A stretch of DNA of 60,097 nt, counting the filler, from Sphacelaria rigidula (taxonomy: Eukaryota): the NCBI GenBank assembly GCA_964200075.2. It is 8 parts of 8 records of this genome, joined end to end, with 100 filler letters (N's around TTAATTAATTAA, not from the genome) between each part and the next. Parts side by side here need not be neighbours in the genome. Positions count along the whole stretch, not along the records: positions 37,626 to 45,049 come from CAXNAA020014988.1; positions 45,150 to 52,573 come from CAXNAA020014989.1; 6 more parts are not named here. One strand, given 5' to 3'. Below, piece after piece: positions 39,401 to 50,784 of this stretch (positions within the stretch are counted from its first letter, which is position 1; every line of letters starts with the position of its first letter). The notes beneath the pieces are model-generated. The model saw only the letters and a program-made list of their open reading frames with translations. It did not search any database and was not told the origin of the DNA. Position numbers and translations under genes: made by a program.

Positions 39401-40767
39401 TTTTGTTCCATCTTTCTTTTCCTTTGTTTTTTCTCCCTCTGCCGAGTCTCCCTTATCGATTGTTTCCATATTACCTACCTTGTGTACGCCTATCTAATGA
39501 CCACGCCTGGATCCCTCAGGGATCAGTCAAGGTGCGATAATCAATCAATCAATCAACCAATCAATCAAGTCTAGCTGAGAGGATCGGCGCCCTACACTAC
39601 TCTCTCCTTCCACCCCCTTCCACCAGTACATCACTCCTGCTCCCCTTCAAACGTATTTCGGGTCAGGCCCACTGGTGACCGTTGACCCTCTTTCAGCTGC
39701 GGAGTAAACCGCAGGAGAAGCTGTGTACGGTTGTGCTGAACAAAATTGGTTACTTTTTTTTCACCCTCGGTTGTCCTGTATCAACGGCCCCGCACCGTCA
39801 AAATATTCTGTCCTCAGACAGATATCGCCGAGATGCAGTCGTTCCATCGACACATCTTCTGGCGACGTGGCCGCCACAGTATATCATGAATCCGAGGCTG
39901 AAGGGTTTCCCAGCGTGAGTTTGCGTATATGTCGTAGTTCGTCACCAACGGTAAGCCATTTTTGTCTCATGTACACCCAATCACCGGGCGTTGTAATGTT
40001 TCTGCCTCAGAAGCTATACATCCCCCGTCCCGCGATTAATATTTTTGGGCAAACTTGCGGATTTCTCGGTCATTTCCAAGTAAGGTACTGGTGTCTCATA
40101 CGGTGTCTCTCTAGAACTTGGTACAGATGGGATACCTAGCGCTTCCTTCCCCGCCTGTTTCGCCGATTTTGCCAATTCCCGGGCTATGGATCCTGAGATA
40201 ACCTGCGAGGACACCCCTTGGCTCAGATGCAAAGTGCTCGTGACTCAATGTGGATGTGCATCATCAGTGGGTGCTCATGAGGCGAAAGATCTCCACGAAT
40301 CCTGTTCAGCCAAGGAACGAGGTGTTGCGTGGACTTGTTTTCCTGGAAGAAATCAGGCTGACCTCCCAGTATCACACAGCACGATACTCACTCACACAGC
40401 ATATAACATAAATCCGCATACAGTAATTTCTTTCTGTGCTTTTTTGGCTTTTGTTGACTTTTGTATCATTATTATTATTATTATTATTATTATTTATTAT
40501 TATTTATTATTATTATCATTATTATTATTTTCACGTCTTAGTCTACGAGTATATATCGTTATGTTCGACTTTTTTTTTATGTTCCTTCTTTTTCTTCAGC
40601 GAGTGTTTCAGTTTTTTTTTCTGTCTTGGGTACATGTATCATGCGACCACGGCTGGACCCCTGGGGGGTCAGTTCAAGTGCGACAATCAATCAAGCAAGC
40701 AAGCAAATCAAAAGTAGTAAAAGTGAGTCAATCTATATCCATGAGGCGCCCCTCCCGCCACTCGCAG

Positions 40768-43700
40768 GCAGCCAACGCGAAGAGGCAGCAGCAGCGCCGT
40801 GGCCTGGAGCTGCTCAGGAGCGCTATGGAAGAAGTGCGTCGCGCGAAGCAAGACCTCGGATGGGGCGTGGACGCCTTAGGTGTGTTCATACTTGACAGTG
40901 CATCGTGGTACGTGTGTTATCGAGATTATGTGACAGCAAATGCCGCTCTTACTTCGATTCGGTTGTTGCGCAAGTTCTAGGTTCATGTGTCGTTACCGAT
41001 GCATGTGTCAACATATCGAGAACTTGGCGCAATGGGCGATAAGTACGATATGTAGGCCAGTATTCAAGTGGAAAATGACATATATGAATGAATATACGGA
41101 CTATAAATGGTACGCGGTACAGTGCGGTTCAGTACGGGCTGGGCCACCCAAGACGCGGACAGGAATATTGACACGCGGTTATACTGCTCAATTTCGGGTC
41201 GTTTTCAATAAAAATTTTGACACGATGTACAGGACGTATGTGCGAAGAACCGATCATCCCTCCCCTTCATTTTGTTTTTCGCGAGTTATTCACGATTTAG
41301 TTCCGATTTTTTTTTTCTGAAATATTTAGTCGCCAATAACTCACGGGGGAAAAAAAAATATGTGGGGGAGGGATGATCGGGTCTTCGTACACGCGTTCTG
41401 TACATTGTGTCGAAATTCCACTGAAACGACCCGAAGTTGAGCAGTGTAATCCGTGCTCGTGTTGAAGACCGGTTCCTATGTGGAGATGGACCAGCTGAGA
41501 AAAAAACGAAACGCGGTTATGCTGTTCAATTTCAAGTCGTTTTCCACGAAATTTTGGCACGATGTGCATGAGGTTTATCGTTAAGACCCTACTGTCCCTC
41601 CTTGACTTTTTTCTTTTTCAATGAGTTGTCGATGAATTTGTACCGAAAAAAAATGTTCCGAAATTTCGATCACCAATGACTCACGAGGAAATTATGTAAT
41701 ATATAAAAAAAAGGGAGAACGATGGGGGCTTCGCACATGCCTCATGTGCATCGTGTCCAAATTTCATAGTAAACGACTCAAAATTGAGCAGCGCAACCGC
41801 GCTTTTCTGGTAAGAACCGATTGACTTGCTTTTAGACTGACTACAACAACGTCAACCAGAACTTTGACGTTCTCAGAAAGTTTTCTTCACCCACTGCTCT
41901 CACCCGTTTGCACACCACCACCAGACGCCTTGGCGCGCTGGAGGCCTCGTCTGCGTGCCCTCTCAGACAGACACTGCGCGCCTACAGTACGACATGCCTT
42001 GTTGCATAACCACAACCTGTGCAGCACAACCACTTTGCGGCCGCGGCACAACCGACTGTAACTGAAACTACGATTTCGGCCGTTTTTTTAACCCAAATTC
42101 CGCCGCGCATGTTACCCTCAACTCCCTACACTTCGCAGCTGACTGCAGTTTGACATTTTGGTTTGATGAGAATTGGTCGAATCGCAGTGCTACGCGGATC
42201 GAAAGGCGCGCGCAGATTTTGCAGATCACCATGATGTGTCATAGTAGGCATAACTCGCGATACATCGTCAGTTAGAACGGGCTGAAAAAGAAGTCCGTTT
42301 CTTCGGCGGCCCAGCCTGTACTGCAATTCGCCGTGAACGATGTCAGGATCCCACGGCGCACGGCCAGTTGGCCCTGTGGTATTTTTGCCACTCAGGGTCC
42401 GGCATCTGCACGACATGTTTTTCGGCTGCAGCACCAACGTACAGCGGTTGTCTGTCGTGAAAATTCTCCGTGTTCGCATGCTGCAATGGGGTTGCACGCA
42501 CATGTTGATACCTGCTGGACTGCCAGCAGTAGATTGTCACATGGCCCCTGCACGAAGCAATCGATTATTATTCCGAAAATGCATATTTTTTTAGTTTTCG
42601 CTGTCCCGTTGAATGAACTCGGAGAGGAAAAACGGTTCGAGGTCCTCGTTGGTGTCTTGTGCTGTCCTGGACAAGACCCATACATGTATGTATGTACTGC
42701 GTCTTTGGCACGTCTTCGAAGGTTATCAAGGTGGAAATTGTGAAACGTCTGGATATATAACCAAAAGTTGATTTTTTTTTTTGGTGGGCTTCGCGTGGCA
42801 CGTAATTTTTTTCTCAACACCGCCCGACTAAGCACTGACTGAATTATACCATTCAAATCGAAACTATTGCCCATAAATTGCGCTTCAACTCCTTGGTCCA
42901 GCTGGACGCGCGATCTTTGCCTACGATGAATCCCTGTGATTTTTTCACACTCTGGATAATGACAATATATGGTCAATAGATACAATAGACAAGATATGTA
43001 CTTGATGAAGTGTAGGCCTATTGCAGCTTTTGACGGGCGACAATAGTTGCAATAAGTCTATACTATACCCAGTACATTTGTTGTCTGTTGCAGCTATTGA
43101 CCATATATTGTCCAGGATGTGCATTATTTGCTGGCCGTGTGTGCAACGAGTTTTGTTAGGTGCTATGTTCTTGCTCCAGTTTTTTTTAATTAATTGCTGA
43201 ACACTTTGTGCGTGGCTGCTGCATGAATTTTTTCAAGCATACTGGGTCCGGTGTTAGAGGAAGATGAAGCCTAATCGCGTTTTTTTTTTTTTTTGTCTAC
43301 GGCGGCACCTCCAACGAGCCCCCCTCATCGCCCGAGGAGGGGGGCTCATCTTTCCCCCGGTACTCCCCTGTCCATTCGTCATCATCCATTGGATTAGCAC
43401 TTCTACAGCCCCCCAATCTTCTTGTCGAATTTTCGTTAATCCACCTTCTCACGCGTCTCGCGACATGAATCAATGACTGGAGCATTACCGTCGGAGTTCC
43501 AACCCGCCAATTCACGTCAACTGGCCGATGGTGTATGTTACATGATGTATGACCAACGGGACGCGGCAACGTGTGCAGGATTATATGAACACCGAAAATT
43601 TCCATGTCTCTCATATACGTGTACCCAACACCGACCGCGTATCGATACGCGATGCGCCGCTCCACCACGAACTCTCATCTCTCTCTCTATAATTATTCTT

Positions 43701-43916
43701 TTTTTTTCTTCTCTATTTCTGCAACTCCACCAGCGATGAGAGCCAGCTTGCTCATTCTGCATAAGATTGGGAAAACAACCACCGGTGTCCCGCGAGAGGC
43801 GATCGTGGTTGACCCCGCGGAAGCTTCGCCGGAGAAGGTGGCGGAGTGGGAGAGGTTGCTGTGCTGGGCATACGCGAGCTACGGTCGAAACGAGCAAGTC
43901 ATGGAGGAACGAATTG
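40768..43916 (+). CDS. Unknown protein, candidate exons 40768-40879 and 43734-43916 (possible extra exon 41925-41986)
   Basis: GC-rich open frames bounded by cag/gt. The phase-1 join gives AANAKRQQQRRGLELLRSAMEEVRRAKQDLGWGVDAL-A-MRASLLILHKIGKTTTGVPREAIVVDPAEASPEKVAEWERLLCWAYASYGRNEQVMEERI. There is a strong polypyrimidine tract before 43734. Confidence 0.5.
41171..41801. mobile_element. Two adjacent foldback/MITE units (41171-41458 and 41511-41801)
   Basis: ACGCGGTTAT.CTG.TCAATTTC..GTCGTTTT...ACGATGT.CA arms, each followed by its reverse complement (AAACGAC.C.AA.TTGAGCAG). Confidence 0.65.
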
Positions 43917-46900
43917 GTGAGACGTGACCCTGATTGAGACAGTGGGGCAGTGGGGCGGGGGTTGAGAGGATCAGATGCAAGAGAATACAGCAGACACGGA
44001 AGTGGCACTGCTAGACTCGCCTCCTACGAGTTACCTGTCACAACCTTTTGAATGGCGTGTTTCGGGTGAGGGGTGATTCGAATCTTTGCGTTGAGGCGAC
44101 ACGGCGGATGGTGCTGCTCTCTCTGGTAGTGTGCTGTGTGCTTCAGTCGTTGTTCGCGGTTGTTGCACCTCACTTCACTATCCGTTGCAGCTATTCATCC
44201 ATCCATGAAGACTCTTGCCAAGAATCTGTATGCCGTCTCTCACCCCCCTTCCCACCTTCATTTTTCTTCTTCTTTCTTCATATTTGTCATCCTGGAACTC
44301 CAGTGTAATTTTTTTATTGCTGAGCATAGCGCAACTGTTCTACCTGAAGGTACACGTTTCCTTGCGTGATCAAAATTTCCCGTTTGCGCTGGAGGGGATG
44401 GATGCCTCATCCGAGATAATGCTCGTGGCACCTGACGGTAACATTCATGTTCCCAAGGGGTTGGACTAATCATCGCCGGTTCGAATCACCAAATCTACGA
44501 TTTTTTGTAGGCACGATTGCTCGAAGGAGAAAAAAACATGTAGGCAATTTTTGCGCCACTTCCCACGTGCCCGGGCTGTGCTCACCTGGGTTGCAGCGCT
44601 GAAAACAAAGCCCACGGATTGATCGGTACGGTACGAATCAATTACACTGAAATCAAGTGAATTTCCGACTAATCATTATTCTTCTGGCCCTTGCATGTTT
44701 CGTCAGGCGTTCGTGATAACCATGGCCCGCAGGACGATGCGATGCGTGTCGAGGAAAATATTAGTTAGTCGATAAATCCATCACGGAAACCCTAAAAAAT
44801 TGGAAAGTAGCCAGACCTCGATGCTCCTGTAAAGCGCCAGTGTGATGTGGTGCGCAAATGATATGCGGAAGACAACGCCTCTTGTTTAATTCAAGATGTC
44901 CTCCTTTCAACGGTCGAAATCACACAGCCTGGAAATGTTCCCACCTTCTTCTCCAGCACAAACCTTCGTCGATTGAAACATCAAGCATCACATTCCGCAA
45001 ACATGGAAAATAACTAGGACGAAAGCCGGGGGGGGGGGGGGGGGGGGGGNNNNNNNNNNNNNNNNNNNNNNNNNNNNNNNNNNNNNNNNNNNNTTAATTA
45101 ATTAANNNNNNNNNNNNNNNNNNNNNNNNNNNNNNNNNNNNNNNNNNNNGGTGTACTCGGCGAGTCGCATGAAGAGTGAGCTGCATCATGCTAAGATTGT
45201 TCAACCCGAATCCTACGGATAATGTTGCATTTGGATGACAGCCTACAATGAGTTGCTTCATTTTCTGGTATCGCCACTTTCAGAGACAGCCACGGTCTAT
45301 GCGCTGCCTCATGGGTGCCTCACCAGGGGGGGGTACTCCTTCGTTGCTTGCCTTCGTCGTTTGACTACTGACCACGCATCCCTTTCGAGACGGAGTGACA
45401 AATATACGGCGGGACGCCTGTTACGGAACTGCCGAACGCCAAGTCCCAGTCGCAAATTGCTAACTGCATGATGAAAAGCCTTTTGAACATGATGCAGCAC
45501 ACGTTCACTACACCTCGAAGTGGCACAGTGGATATATGCCAAGGTTTGTCATTTCATCGCACTTCCAAAATAAAACAAAATATCAAACCGTAACCCGCGA
45601 CCACAAAATACGAAATAATACGGCTTGTTATTCAACGGCATGCGTGTTTGTCGGCCCGGACATCAATAATTTTGCGCTCTTATCCCCACGTGCTGTCAGC
45701 CTTGGCTCCCTTGTTCCCATCGCCCGCTCCTCATGTAGAGCCTCTTCTGCTGCATGCTACATCTGTAATAGATTAATGATTTTCAAATCGCTCACCGCTT
45801 TGAATGACATTCAAATGTCATCTGAGGCCCTCAGCTCCCCAATGTGAATAGTCACATTTGTTACAACCATCCACATTTTTGAATGGAAAACAAGCCCAAC
45901 ACGGCAACTTTTGGTTCCTCTGGCGGCGCTCCCACGAGACCCCCTCACCAGCCAGGGAGGGAGTTGGGGCTCGCGGCTTCACCGCTCGCCGCCGATATTT
46001 TTCCAGTTAGTTGGCGCACATCAATGTACTGGAAAAACGTCGATGTACTGGCCGCTGGTGCGGTCACTTTAAACTTAGGTGGCAAGGGCTGCCAGTTCAC
46101 AGCCCCAGGAAATGCAGTACAATGTAGTGCATTACAGTTCGGTAGAGTGTTGTCTTCTCTCTCTCCGTCCGTGCGTTCCTTCCCATTGTCCCATTATCTA
46201 CGGCTACCACTGTGAGTACCAGGGTAGGCCACAAGTTTATACGTGTCCGCAACCGCGACGGGACCATATCTCCCTCGTCATAGTTCCGAGAATATTTATG
46301 GATCCCTCCGCTCCGTTCCAGGAACACCCATCCCCGGCATACTTCCGGGGACGTTTCCTCAGGAGCACTAGTCTGTCCTCTCGGATCATTGTCTGTCATG
46401 TCCCCGGAGTTATAGTCATACTCCAACCCCAGTCGGTGTCTCGTCCCACACCCAGTGGAGTTCACTTCTCATCTCGACCCTGGAGTCTCTCTCCACACAA
46501 GAACGAACTGTCTAAGCACGTTCCACGGCCAAGTCCGTGGCTCCCGAGACTACTTCTCCCACACCTAGGGCTAGTAGCCTTATCACCATGGACCAGATTA
46601 CAAGAAACCTTTGGAGAGCGTGCGTCCTGCCACCAGCTCTGAAAGTGAACCCTTGGGCTTCCACGGTAGGTAATCTAGGTCCTGTTCATATTTCGAGTCA
46701 AATCATCCCAATTCAATACATGCGAACATAACACTGAAGCTTCGTGGCAGCGCAGGGGTGATGTACAGACGGTAGGCCGCATTTGGCGGTAAAGGTGGAC
46801 TCTGTTCCAGTACACACCACGCTCTCCAACGTGGGTTCCCAGAGCGGCTGGGTATACAAGCAGCAACGCTTCTTTGTTACTAACTTGTCGGAGTGCATTG

Positions 46901-47540
46901 CACACAAATATATTTTGATCCACCGTAAAAGGTTACTCCGGCTCAGACCTCTCCTCTCTTCTTGCCTCCGCCGTCCCGCCTGCATGTTTTTTTATCAACT
47001 GCTCTTGTCCGAGACGGTGGTTTATTGGGTACAGTTCATCGATAGGCCGGCTAAATCAGAGATGATCTCGTCGACCACGGGTGCGATTCGAGCGCTGTTT
47101 TTTGCGTTGTGTACTCTAAATCGTAGTGCATGTTTGGAAAGCCTCGCTTTCCGCGAACGTCCCACGCTCGGCACCCCAGACGGCAAACATATTGCTTTCG
47201 CAGAGTTTCAGTGAACGCTAGAAGAGTTGTAGGCGTGTATGTGGCGCCTGAACAGGGAGGGCGGCGCTTGAACGCGCGATTTTTTCGTTCTAATGATGAA
47301 GTGTTTAATCAAGTGTATCCACATGGAAGAAAGGAAACGCGGATGAGCTGTCTTGTTACGAATATATGGATTACACAACAGGTTGTTATTAACATTTATC
47401 TTCGCTACAACGCGAACAGCGATGCAAGACGTCTCGTGATTTCTAACAAGCAACCAAGTTTAGCCAGCTCATGTGCATAGGAGCTCTTGGCTACTATTAC
47501 ACTTTGTTGACTATACCTGTAAGTATGGACATACTGCCGC

Positions 47541-47612
47541 GCCCCGGTGGTGTAATGGTCCGACTGTCGCCATTAGGGTGGAGAGAGCGGGGGTTCGATT
47601 CCCGATGCGTTT
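47541..47612 (+). other. tRNA-like sequence (tRNA-derived SINE head or pseudo-tRNA)
   Basis: GCCCCGGTGGTGTAATGG (A box) ... GGGGGTTCGATTCCCG (B box). The anticodon arm and acceptor stem do not pair cleanly. Confidence 0.5.
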
Positions 47613-48063
47613 GTGTTTTTCTTCGTAATGTACGATTTCCACCGTGGAAAGTGTGAGAACGTGAGTAAACAAAGTAGTCGACTGGATATGTGTGACGTGA
47701 GTCGACGCGGTGCGGGAGTGCTGATCCAATAAATCAAAATGAAAGGCGCGTACCGGGGGAGAGATGGGTTGATCCCTTGAGACCACGGACTCATCCCGAG
47801 GAAGGGGAGGGGTTCAAAGTGTGAGAGGAAAAATGATGGAACCCGATACACACCATGCGTGCACTCAATTTATTGTTACTATTTTGCCGACAGCTTACTA
47901 TATATGCATATTTACACAGAGCATTCATGTACTAACTGACTCACCGCGATTCAGTAATCAACCAGCAAAATGCACAAGAAGAGAGATTACGCCCAACGCA
48001 CAACACATTCATGGTGAACTTCAGGGCGTCTTGATCGTAGCTTCAGAGGCGATGGGGTTTTTT

Positions 48064-48331
48064 TGTATGGGTGGCGTTTACAACTCGAATTCAGTTCACG
48101 AGCTTCGCTTCGGACTCATCCGGAGTATTAACACCCTGGGGGAGTTGCCCGGATATGCCCCCGGGGAAGCGCATGGAGACGTGTCTGTAACCGTCACGTG
48201 AGCGGACACCCTCCCACTCCTCTAGTTGGAATACCCGCAGGTCACACCAACCAGCCCTCCGAGCACAACCAGTCGGATAGTAGTGCTCATCCTCGTCCTG
48301 CCCTACCACCACTACGCCGCGACCCATAACA
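48064..48331 (-). repeat. 3' LTR of the Gypsy element, preceded by a polypurine tract (48332-48339)
   Basis: The minus strand reads GAGGGGGG/TGTTATGGG...CCCATACA: a PPT followed by TG...CA ends with an imperfect terminal inverted repeat. Confidence 0.65.
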
Positions 48332-48769
48332 CCCCCCTCAACCTAGGGTTGAAAAAAACCCGGGGCTGAACGTGGTTCGACGATGGATGGCCGCGTCATC
48401 ATGTTCCTCTTCCACGAGTGATCGATGCCGTTTATTGTAGCCGTCGATCTTGATGACCGCTTTGCCGGGTTGGACTTCAAACTCCGTGCAAGAACGATCC
48501 CAGCCGGTCTAAAGCAATTCCAAGTCTTGTCGACTTTTCTGTCGGGTTAGACCACGTAGGGTATTGAAACGCCGTACAGGAACGACCCCATCAAGTCTGG
48601 GGAATATCTCAATCTTGTTGACCGCTCTGTCGGGTTAGACCACGTAGGGAATTTGAACACCGTACAGAAACGATCCCGAGCACAATCCAGCTAAGGCGTC
48701 ACTTCCTCCGGTATTTTTCCGACTTAATTGACTGTCGCCCTTAACCCGTGCGCTGTGTTGGCATCTCCG

Positions 48770-48960
48770 GCATCCACCGCGTATTTACGTACCTGTAGCT
48801 GGATCATCTCCTCCCAGTCATCGTCCTCATACTTGATACGATAATACGATTGGCGGAAATTGAAAACCACTCCCTCGAATCCCCGTGGCTTCCCTTGGCT
48901 GTCTGCAAACCGCTCACGGATCTTCGTATCTCGGGGAATCTGAAGTAACACTTCATCCCG
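48770..48960 (-). other. Tudor-like domain at the Gypsy pol C-terminus
   Basis: TKIRERFAD.....FEGVVFNFRQSYYRIKYEDDDWEEM matches the Tudor pattern F.G.V......Y.V.YEDGD.EE. The ORF stop is at 48724-48726. Confidence 0.6.
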
Positions 48961-50784
48961 AGCAATCGAGTCTCTGTTCGAGATGGCGTATCCGATGAAC
49001 GCAGTCTGGTGGGTAGGTGATATAATTCCCACAAGGCATGAGAAGCGTCCAACTGCAACCAGGTGAAGCTCTGCAAAACCTCCTCCTCTGAAAGCCAGTG
49101 TGACTCAGCTCCGTCGTGAAACAACCCTCGATATCCCCACACCCACGATGGGCCTGGATCCAACACTACTTTCCTATCTGTCAGGGTATACAGGGGTGGT
49201 GCCGATGTAATGCCCTCTGCCAACCCCATATCAGCCCCCCGAGCTAGCTGCGAGTATTCGTCTGGAAAATGAACGCCGCAAATGTTCTGGGTGCACATGA
49301 AATTTATTTACGTTGGCCGCGGAAACCGTTCGCTCGCGTACCTTACGCCCCTGCATCTTGACCCTAAGGCTGAGACCTGATATCACCACTTGCTGCACGG
49401 TCCATGGCCCTGTCCACAAGTCGTGGACTAATTTGGCCGGTACATCTTCGTTCAGAAGGGAGCTGTCGGACTCTCTGACTAGCATCAGATCTCCTACCTG
49501 AGCTCGCGATCCCGCCGACTGGCGAGTCATTCCCGCGTTTCGAGCTCATTTCATGGCGTTGGGGTGATAGCTCCTGAAACTCCTTCAGGTTATGTCGTTG
49601 TTGTTCTACCGTGTTGTTCAAAGGTAGTGATTCCGCTTCGGGTGACACAGAGTCGACTTGAGTACGAGGCTCGGGCCAGAAAAGCAGCTTGAATGGCGTC
49701 GGGTTATTAGGCAGTGCCGGATCGGGAGTAGTACGATGAATCCATACAGCAGGATCCACATACTCGTCCCACCTTTCCGGTCACAGCTTACATAACTCGG
49801 CTAAGACGTCATGCAACAACCCTCCATATATTTCCACCGCGTCCGGACCGCGAGGGTGATCCGCGGGACCATGATCCAGTTTCACCTTCATCCACTGGCA
49901 TATATGGTCTACTACTTCCGAAGTGAACTCCCCCCCCCAGCGTCACTTCTAAGGGAATAAGGTATTTCGAACGTCAAGAAGAGCTTTAGCAGACACTTGG
50001 CTACGGGTTCAGTGACCTTGGCTGCTAGTGGGAAAGCAAAGGGAAACTTGGTCGCTCGATCCACAACAACCAGCTAGTACCTATTATACCCGAGGCAGAA
50101 ACCTGCTTCATGTCCGATATGCCCATCTCTAAAACCTTCCAGGGCTGCAAGAAGCGGGCGGGTCGCAACGCTATGATGTGGCTGTTAGCACGCTTGCTTC
50201 GGCGACAACCACAAGATAGCACGTATTTGCGATTGTCGGAGAACAGACCGGGCCACTCATAGCGTGCGTTGACGACTGCAGCCGTCCTTATCACTCCGGC
50301 GTGCCCATCGTAGTGTGCACCAGCGCCAGCAGGCCAGGCACCAGACTGCGTGGAACAGCTAGCTTAGCTGGCGCCCTAGGATATGTATACCAGAGAAGAT
50401 CATCATGTAGAACGTACGCTTCCTGCCTCTTAGCAGTTCCTTCGTCTCGATTCTCCTCCATTTACCTATCCCTGATGAACCCAACCGGGGGTCACGCTCT
50501 TGAAGCAGAAGTAGTCGTGGCTTATCCATCAAAATCGCTCTCGCCTGATCGAAAACGGTCTGGGGGTTACCTTTTCCTGGCATTCGTGGCTCCCCGGTGG
50601 AAACCTTCGCCCTCCCACCAGGATCTTGATCTGACTTCTGCTCTGCCTCTTGAACCGACGAACGAGTTGCGGCGGCTCCCCAAGCCTCTGATAACCCTGC
50701 TTCGTTACGAGGCCACATCGCAGCGAGTGTGCTCAAATCGTCATCCTCACCCTAGATCCGAGTCAGGCTTGACAAACCTTCCGC

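Noticed and set aside
39092-39540. Lys-rich / Phe-rich ORFs
   Set aside because: Translation artefacts of a poly-T/pyrimidine tract belonging to a repeat.
45790-45880. C2H2/BED-like zinc finger GCNKCDYSHWGAEGLR*HL on the minus strand
   Set aside because: Short, interrupted by a stop and without supporting context.
46700-47450. MULE transposase remnant (LNTSSLERKNRAFK; VVCTGTESTFTAKCGLPSVHH, SWIM-like) on the minus strand
   Set aside because: Only loose motif resemblance across broken frames; it cannot be supported without a profile search.
47541-47612. Functional tRNA gene
   Set aside because: A and B boxes are present, but the acceptor stem and anticodon arm do not form properly. It is treated as a SINE head/pseudo-tRNA.
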